Source of the DNA: Octopus vulgaris
Taxonomy: Eukaryota
Direction of reading: 5' to 3'
DNA length: 64,000 bases
NCBI GenBank assembly: GCA_951406725.2
Contig: OX597819.1
Coordinates: forward strand, 51,336,001-51,400,000
Part shown: piece after piece, positions 54,841 to 64,000 of the stretch
Numbering within the stretch: the first letter of the stretch is position 1
How the letters are laid out: every line of letters starts with the position of its first letter
The notes under the pieces: model-generated
What the model saw: only the letters and a program-made list of their open reading frames with translations
The model's database searches: none
Told to the model about the DNA's origin: nothing
Made by a program: the position numbers and the translations under genes

Positions 54841-55082
54841 AACACGTAGTAAATTAATATACAAAACACAAACAACGCACATGCACGCATGCACACAAGA
54901 AAAACATGCACACACATCCATTCGTTAAATAGACTCATTTGACTGCTGCGGTTTACACAATTTCGTTAAAGTTGATATAATGCAGGAGAATCTGAAAATA
55001 TATACAAAATAGATGTGTATGTAGGTATGTATGTATGAATGCATGTATGGATGGATGGAAATGTGTATGTATTATGTATATC

Positions 55083-55314
55083 TATTTCTTTATTACCCAC
55101 AAGGGGCTAAACACAGAGGGGACAAACAAGGACAGACATAGGTATTAAGTCGATTACATCGACCCAGTGCGTAACTGGTACTTAATTTATCGACTCCGAA
55201 AGGATAAAAGGCAAAGTCGACCTCGGCGGAATTTGAACTCACAACGTAACGCAGACGAAATACCGCTAAGCATTTCGCCCGGCGTGCTAACGTTTCTGCC
55301 AGCTCGCCGCCTTA
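55083..55314 (-). mobile_element. SINE family B monomer with 12-bp TSD
   Basis: TSD ATTATGTATATC at 55071-55082 and 55315-55326. Confidence 0.9.
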
Positions 55315-55557
55315 ATTATGTATATCGTTTATTCTTTATTTATTTCAGCCATTGGATAGCGGCTAGGCTGGAGCAGGGCTTTAGTTGAACAAATGGATTC
55401 CAGTACCTAAACTGGTAATTATTCAAACGTCCTTTTTGCTGAACGGCTAAGTTATGAGGTCGTAATCAAACCAAGAGCTATTGTCAAGGAATAAGAGGGT
55501 GACAAAAACAAAGTAAGGGAGTGAGAAGCAATGATGCACACAGATATATAATTATAT

Positions 55558-55970
55558 CGGTGAGCTGGCAGAAAGGTTAACACGCCGGGCGAAATGCTTA
55601 GCGGTATTTCGTCTGCCGCTGGGTTCTGAGTTCAAATTCCGCCGAGGTCGACTTTGCCTTTCATCCTTTCGTGGTCGATAAACTAAGTACCAGTTACGCA
55701 CTGGGGTCGATGTAATCGACTTAATACCTCTGTCTGTCCTTGTTTGTCCCCTCTGTGTTTAGCCCCTTGTGGGTAGTAGAGAAATAGGTATTTCGTCTGC
55801 TGTTATGTTCTGAGTTCAAATTCCGCCGAGATCGACTTTGCCTTTCATCCTTTCGTGGTCGATAAACTAAGTACCAGTTACGCACTGGGGTCGATGTAAT
55901 CGACTTAATACCTTTGTCTGTCCTTGTTTGTCCTCTCTATGTTTAGCCCCTTGTGGGCAATAAAGAAATA
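55558..55970 (+). mobile_element. SINE family B dimer
   Basis: Full unit plus headless unit; imperfect AGATATATA.. flanking duplication. Confidence 0.88.
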
Positions 55971-56026
55971 AGATATATATCTATATCTATTTAGCTATCC
56001 ATCTATCTCTATATTTATCTATCTCT

Positions 56027-56265
<239 letters not shown>

Positions 56266-56861
56266 ATTAATTTATATATACTCACACAAATATATGTCAA
56301 AATACTTAATTAAAACTTTATAGCACAAGTTACATTCCCATGTGACTTCCACCCCATTCTAAAGCAACCCACGTTCCATCAATATTTTGCCACACCTCGC
56401 CGCTGGGACGTGAGCCTCACCTTTGGAAACAATATAGCAAACGCTTTAAGAGAAACTTGATAATATTGCAGAACGAAATAGTGATAGGTACCAATTGACA
56501 AATGGTTGCGTTAAAGAGACGTGATGTAATTATAAATGTAGTAATATAATGTATTTTAACACGTCCACCTGTCTAGCAAATGTTAGACAGTTTGTCGAAC
56601 ATGTAGCAATAAGGACAGCTTGACTGAAAGAGGGTTGGTGTTTTTTTCTTTTTCTTTTTCTTTTTTTTTCAATCAGCATGAGTGAATATCAAGTTGGTGA
56701 AGTTAAAATTGTTCTTTCACAGGATACGTTTAAGTATTTTCTCATGATATCGGATTTTGTTTGCTGAAAATTATATATATGTATATAGAGATAGTGATGC
56801 AGCTAAACACGATTAGGCTCGATATATATATATATAAATATACATACATTACACATATAGG

Positions 56862-56893
<32 letters not shown>

Positions 56894-57646
56894 GGGATGT
56901 ATATAGCTACAAAGGCAAAATATATTCCGAAGATAAACTGTGCTAGTACATAGATAATATATATATTGACAAATAAATTTACTTTTGAGTGGTGTATAAA
57001 AATTACAGAAGACTAAAGTGGGATGAATAGTTTTTAATTCGACAGCTGTTTCTGGAAGCTCGAATTAATAGTTAATATGTTCCTAAATAGGAAATAGAAT
57101 GCTGAAAGAGTCGTGGATATGCACTCGTAGATGGATGCAGAGAATCATAAGCGTAATACCCACTGCCTTCGTCTGGAGGGGACGATTGGCAGATTTAAAT
57201 TAGACAGATAGACAGACAGACAGATAGCTAGATAGATAGAAGCGTAAATATATATGAGTGTGTGGTTGTGTGTTCCCCCACTATTTCTATATTCTCATAG
57301 AAGGATGGCTACGTATTTATGCTTGCCTTGTAAGCACGTGAGCTGAATTGGTACCATATTTGCTGTAATACATATAAAAGACACGACCTCAGTATTTCTA
57401 TCATGCTGATGAAAACACCTGATGATTATATATCATAGAAGCACATGGAATTTAAGTCTTATATAAAAATCTCATTGCGAAGGATGCGAGGAATAGTAAT
57501 ACTTATAATCTACGTCCGTATTTGTTTCTCAATTTCTTATTTACATGTATATATTCTTCTATAGAAGGACATATACATTATATATATATATGCCACTTCT
57601 ATATAAGAGACACTTTGATTTTCATTTTCTGAATATAATATACAAA

Positions 57647-57678
<32 letters not shown>

Positions 57679-57859
57679 GAGGTATGTGCGTGTGTGTGTA
57701 GCGTGTGTTTGTGTGATTATGTTATGTATAGATGTAGAGTCGACATTCTACGCATCAACAGATCTAAGCCACTTGCCTATATACACAGTATGTTCGTAGA
57801 CAGAAAAATAAATTATCAACTGTTTTATTCTTTGTAATCCGATTTCATTAATCACTGAA

Positions 57860-58070
57860 GGTGGCGTGCTGACCGAAACGTTATCGTGTCGGGCAAAATG
57901 CTTAGCAATATTTCGTCCGGTCACTTAAAACGTTGTAAGTTCAAATTCCACCGATGCCTTTTATCCTTCAGGCTCGATAAAATAAGCACTATTCGAACAC
58001 TGGGTTTGATATAACCGACTATTCTCCTAACCCTAAATTTGCGGGCCTCGTGGCAACAAAAATTTGAAGC
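57860..58070 (+). mobile_element. SINE family B, old diverged copy
   Basis: GGCAAAATGCTTAGC..AGTTCAAATTCC..GCCTTTTATCCTT. Confidence 0.6.
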
Positions 58071-58202
58071 CATTAATGATTGAATAACCCCATTTAACTG
58101 TCCTTAGATTGATCAATTAGCTTGGAAGTAAAGCATTCTTGGTACCGGTCTGGTTTTATAGAAGGATGTCTGCAAAACTTCAGAAATATCATTTTTAACA
58201 CC

Positions 58203-58426
58203 GACATTGAACTACTGAAGCATTGAACCACATTTAACCACATTAATCACATTGAACCACTGTGGCATTGAAACACTGTGAACGACATTGAACAACATTG
58301 ATCCGCATTGAACCACTGTGACATTGAAGCACTGTGACCTTGAACCACTTTGAAGTATACTGAACTACATTGAACCACTGTGAACCAGATGGAATCACAT
58401 TAAATCAGAGTGGCATCGAACCACTG
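58203..58426. repeat. Degenerate minisatellite CATTGAACCA(CTGTGA)
   Basis: 10-18-bp unit repeated about 15 times. Confidence 0.8.
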
Positions 58427-59297
58427 AGAAATAAGTCTTGTCCCGCATATTCAACTATGTATGTAACATTAGTAGGCAATCTAGTACCATTTCCTTGAAG
58501 TTAGGCGTATAGTATTAGTATATAATGGAAACGGTTCTAGCGGATTTGAACTCGATACATTTCGTTCGACTTTGCAGTAACATATTTGCTCGACCACACA
58601 ACCTAAAAAGTAGTGATTAATGACGATCAGGAAAATTAACATCAACAGATACGCGTTTATGTTCACACATATACATATACGTATATATATATAGTCATTA
58701 TACTTTGTAGCGATGTGTGTGCTATGGTGTGAACATCTTTAAGTAACTGTAATTCTCTCTACATAACGGTGCCGTGTACAAAGCGATTTATTGGATTAGT
58801 GAAATAATATATAGAGACAAAGAAAAAAAAACTATATAAACACAGAAAAAAAAACACAAACATACAAAAAAGGAACACCTTGTATGTACACAAATATTTA
58901 TTTCCTGAGAATCTAAAGAGTTCAACGCTATTTATCGGAAGCAAATATTAACTTTCTGATTGATCATATCATCTATTTTTGTTTTGCTTTTTTTCTAGTT
59001 TTTGCTTATCTATTTTAGTTATTTATTTATTGCTAATTTCTGTATTCTTCTGTTTTTTTTTTGTTTTTGGTTTTACTTTTCATTTCTGCTGTTTAGTTCG
59101 TAAATCACTTTTCCATTTTATTTCAGTTTTGTTTACTTATTTATTTATTTTACTATCCTAATGTATTCATAACAATACATTTACTATAAATATATCTTTT
59201 ATTTTAAAGTAAAATATTTACCGATTCATGTGTTCATAAATAAATATTCAAACAAATTATATACACATACAAAGATATATATACATACACACACACA

Positions 59298-59374
<77 letters not shown>

Positions 59375-59456
59375 ATATATATATATATATATATACATAC
59401 ACATATATATATATATATATATATATGCGCATATATAAATTTATACACACACAGAC

Positions 59457-59489
<33 letters not shown>

Positions 59490-60494
59490 TATACATGTAC
59501 ATATATGTAAACATATACATGTACATAGATATATGTAAACATACATTATATATGCGCGCTCGTGTGTGTGTGTCTGTGTTTGTCTGTGTCTGTGTGTGTA
59601 CAGTTGATTGTATACATTTGCATACACCCATTCATAGACAAATTACATAGTGCACCATTTCAACATTTCACCGTAAGTGCAGCGTAATTGTTTCTAAATG
59701 TTCAATCTATTTTTTGGGGCATTAATGACAATATCAACATTTACTATGAGCAAAAACAGAAACGTCTTTACGTGCGTACATGTGTCTAACATGGTCTTTT
59801 TGTTAAGAACAACATCATCTCTAAACTGTGTAATTATTATACTTACAAGCTGAAGAGTTCTTATGAATATATATGACTATTTTATATATGAGGTGTCTAT
59901 AAAGTTCGTTTTCATTTTCAATCATTCTTTATGTTTGGTTTGGTTTTCGTGATGGTTGATTATTATTCTTTATACATACATACAAATATGTGTGTGCATG
60001 TGTGTGTGTGTGTGTTTGTATGTGTCTACGTATGTATGTATGTTTGTATGTATATGTATATGGTTCCGTTGTTGTTTAATGATTTAATCTTGTGTCGTTG
60101 TTGTTGGTGTTGCGGTTGTTGTTTTCTTAAATAAACTACATTATGAAGATAGTGAATGATGAGCTATTATCTGTCAAATATCTGTTTATCTAAATACATA
60201 CGTAGATGCACTCATATACATGCACGTTTATGTAACACTTCTATTATATGAACTCATATGCTTATGTATGTGTGTGTGCGCATAAGCATAAATATACATA
60301 CGTATATTTATATAAGCATATATGCACATAACTATACATGTAAATGTATACGTACATACATATGTGTGTGTGTGATGTATATATATATATATGTGTGTGT
60401 GTGTGTATGTGTGTGTGTGTTTGTACGCACAAGCAAAAACTCATATAATCACGCACATACACATGAATATACACACACATACATACATATATAT

Positions 60495-60539
<45 letters not shown>

Positions 60540-60573
60540 TGTATGTATACATATATATATATGTGTGTGTATG

Positions 60574-60618
<45 letters not shown>

Positions 60619-60839
60619 ATGTATATATATATATATCGGTGCGTATATGCGTATGTAAATCTGCCAATCTCCCTTACTCCCTATCCACCCGGTACATTTC
60701 TATAGGTGTCACCCTCTCAATAGATATGTCTATTAAAGTGTTTACTTCTTTCTTTCGGTTATTTATTTGGTCATTTATCACTATGAATAGCATGAATAAT
60801 GAATTTCTTGAATGTCTTTAGATATAAGGTGCTGCTTCC

Positions 60840-60883
<44 letters not shown>

Positions 60884-60953
60884 ATATGCATGTATATATA
60901 TGTATATATATGTACGCATATATATATACACATACACATGAGTATACTTATGC

Positions 60954-61010
<57 letters not shown>

Positions 61011-61163
61011 CGTATGTATGTATGTATGTATGTATGTATGTATGTATGCATGTATGTATTATGTATCTATGTATGTATGCATATGCATATATATAGATAT
61101 AATACCGATGGATATTTATATGTTTACACTCAGTAAAATTTGTATTTATATATATATATATAT

Positions 61164-61995
61164 AATGAAAAAATACACATTGTGCACAGAACATCACCAA
61201 TGTGTGAAAAATACGTAAACACACGAGAGATAAGTGCAGGACAATATACCAAAGGAAGATAACTCCTCATCAGTTGTCGGACTGTTTATTACTCTTGTTT
61301 CGTGCTTTTAACGACAATATAGAGAAGTTCATAAGTCAGCATTATCCAGAAATTTTTTTTAAATATTAAGTTCATGGAGGGTTAGAGCTTCGAATGGACA
61401 AACGAAAGAGTAAACGTACAGAATAAACAAGCGACGAAGACAAACATCAAGGACCGTTAGGCCAAGGCGTATTGTAGTGGGTAACGCCTGAGAGAATTTT
61501 TTTCAAGAAAATAGAATAATAGAAGAGAAGAAAATAGTAGAAGAAAAATGTAGAAGAACAATCATGTCGTGAGTCGAGAAAAATGACATCCATACCGGTA
61601 AACGTCTAGTCCAGAAAAGAAAGGGGCAATAGAAATAGCCTTTAGTTACGTGTAACAGAAGAATAGAGGAAGGGAAACAAGAGAAAGGATGAGGGAAAGA
61701 AACAAAGAAGTGAGGGGAAGGGAGAAAGAATGACAGATAGTGGGGAGTGGAAGAAAGACAGACAGGGGAAGCTAAGAAGGTTATACTGGGATAGAGAGAA
61801 AGAAAGAAAATAGTGTGTAGTCGCAGAAATTATATATAAAAGTAAGAACTTAGTATGGTCAGGACTGCGTGGAGTTCGATTATACATAAATAAAACGAAA
61901 AATACACATTGTATACAGGAGATCACCAACGAGTGAAAAATATGCAAACACACAAGAAATAAATACAGGACAAAATACCAAAAGTTGTCGGACTG
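61164..61995 (-). mobile_element. Probable Penelope-derived element with ~100-120-bp terminal direct repeats
   Basis: 61164-61284 is similar to 61894-61995; (TA)n flank; the family and strand are inferred. Confidence 0.45.
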
Positions 61996-61996
61996 C

Positions 61997-62623
61997 TTTT
62001 CTAAGATGCACCATAGATATTCAATAATATTGAGATCTGGGGACTAGACTGTGGTGGCCAGATAAGAACTTCAACTGCAGTATAATGTGCCTCGTGTCAT
62101 TAAGTAACAACTTTAGCTGTGTGAATTGGTACACTATCATCCTGAAAGATTGCGTTTCCCTTCGGAAACAGTTCTGCAACCATAAGATGAATTTGATTAG
62201 ATAAAATGCTTAAATAATCTTGACTATTAATTCTGCCATGAAGGGAAACCATTATGCCGGCGGATTTCCAAGATGTAGCTCCCACCCCAGATCATCACAG
62301 ATCCTCCTCCATGTTTAACAGTTGGAAGAAGGTAGTCTGGGTCAAATGCGTCTTTTGGCTGTCTCCACACGTATACTCGGTCGGTGGTTGGAAATAAGGT
62401 AAAGGATGACTCGTCAGAGCAAATAGCATTCTTCCACTGCTCCAGGGATCAATTCTGTAGGTTTTTACTCCCTGAAAAGAAACAGCAATTTTAGCAAAAC
62501 ATATTAAGCAATATTAATGATAAATCTAAAAACAAAAATAAACAAGCTTTTGATAGTTTTATAAATATTTCAAAATTACGATGCTATGATGCTAAGTGTT
62601 TCCATCATTTTGTTCAACCTCTG
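61997..62623 (-). mobile_element. Tc1-like transposon remnant (DD34E region + one TIR)
   Basis: Minus strand: WKNAICSDESSF..VWR..PTVKHGGGSVMIWG..FQDDSVPIH..WPPQS.PDLNIIEYLW; end CAGAGGTTGAACAAAATGATGGAAACAC at 62623. Confidence 0.9.
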
Positions 62624-63225
62624 CATATAAATACAATCAACTATGCAAAAGTATAGTATTCTATGCAAAGTCTTATCCACTGCTGATATTTTTATTGATA
62701 GTGACGTCAAAGTTTTCGTCAAGTACGTAGCTCATTCAAAATGTGACGCCATGGCGCATGTCTAGTCATTTTCAGTACTTCTATTGAGGAGAAGTAATTG
62801 ATTCAAATGGACGGTCGAATCAAAGGAGATATTAGTTATTATGATAGACATTGGTCAAAGTAATTTGCCAGAGTGTGTAAGTGAAGTGGCAGTTTTTTAA
62901 ACGGAGTTTTTGTTGGTAAATGGTAGGGAGGTGATCAGAGGGAAGATGTGGTTTTTTTACATATTATAAATACCATAGTAATATGATCCAGCAATAGCTG
63001 TGTAATTGCACGTCATCAGGTGCGTGGCTTTGAGAGCACCTATATATAAATATATCTGTGTGTATGTGTGTGTATGTACGTATGTATGTATATATATCAG
63101 AGTGTATAGGAGATTAGATTAAAGAACGAAATTCTTAGTCTGATTTTTCACGTTTTATTTGCAATTTTTACAATTTTACAATATTGAAATAAGATTGTAC
63201 TTTCGTGCGTTACGACTGTCGCTAC

Positions 63226-63267
63226 ATAGACCTGATGACTGCCTAACGCATGAAAGTAATAGTTTAT
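63226..63267 (+). ncRNA. Minimal type-I hammerhead motif at the centre of an inverted repeat
   Basis: ATAGAC-CTGATGA-C-TGC-CTAAC-GCA-T-GAAA-GTAA-TA-GTTTAT; the inverted arm reads GCACGAAAGTAC. Confidence 0.55.
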
Positions 63268-63338
63268 TTCAATATTATAAAATCGTAAAAATTGCAAATA
63301 ATAAACGTGAAAACCAGACTAAGCTGGAATTTCATTTA

Positions 63339-63408
<70 letters not shown>

Positions 63409-63463
63409 GCATTCTTCCATTTACCGGGACTGTCATTTTAAGTTGGAACAAGCCATCACGTTT

Positions 63464-63536
<73 letters not shown>

Positions 63537-63561
63537 GTGTGTATATTGCTGACATTCCTTT

Positions 63562-63731
63562 TTTGATTTTTTGCTTTTCGTCCTTATCAAGCCTAGCCAG
63601 GCTCATGGGCCCGGTTTCCCGGTTTCTGTGGCATATGAGCCACCCCACCCACAGCGCCCAGTCTGGGAATCGAAACCGCGATCCTCCGACCGCGAGTCCG
63701 CTGCCCTGAACACTGGGCCAGTGCGCCTCCA
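63562..63731 (-). mobile_element. tRNA-derived SINE (family C head, different tail) with 13-bp TSD
   Basis: TSD CTGACATTCCTTT at 63549-63561 and 63732-63744; A-rich tail. Confidence 0.85.
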
Positions 63732-64000
63732 CTGACATTCCTTTACGCGATATTAACTAATATATGCACTGGCTGAGAACATTATTGTCAATTTAAAAAC
63801 ATTTGCATACAAACACATGCCTATATACTGTCATACATTCATACCCAAGCGCATACATTTTTGCTTTTATCTGTGTGTTTGTCTTGTGCATGTCTTCAAC
63901 TAGGTACATTTATCTATCCATCCATCTATCTGTCCGTCAGTCTGTTTTTCGGCTTACTGATATGTATGTGTGTGTATGAATGTGCATGTGCGTACGTATA

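Noticed and set aside
57040-57176. CAGACGA...GAAACAGCTGTC on the minus strand
   Set aside because: Boxes about 120 nt apart, core mutated and no stem I
58203-58426. CRISPR-like short repeats
   Set aside because: Degenerate contiguous units without unique spacers; eukaryotic context and no cas genes

Overview
AT-rich eukaryotic DNA with no intact cellular gene, rRNA or CRISPR array. It is saturated with microsatellites, and almost all ORFs in the supplied track are microsatellite translations. The microsatellite load and SINE families resemble an octopus (coleoid cephalopod) genome; this is an inference. Recognisable content: several tRNA-derived SINE families (some with clear TSDs); a full-length but inactivated mariner (21139-22419); Tc1, mariner, Helitron, CR1-like, RTE and Penelope-like fossils; a long-TIR MITE; and a 207-bp inverted duplication. 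Two observations stand out. First, at least four unrelated short repeats carry type-I hammerhead ribozyme folds. These include a tRNA-headed SINE whose tail is a hammerhead, and a family with a fixed non-canonical CUGUNGA core. Second, a decayed multi-exon piggyBac-transposase-like gene with GT-AG introns lies on the minus strand (about 38020-40218). All calls are by eye; family letters A-H are my own labels.
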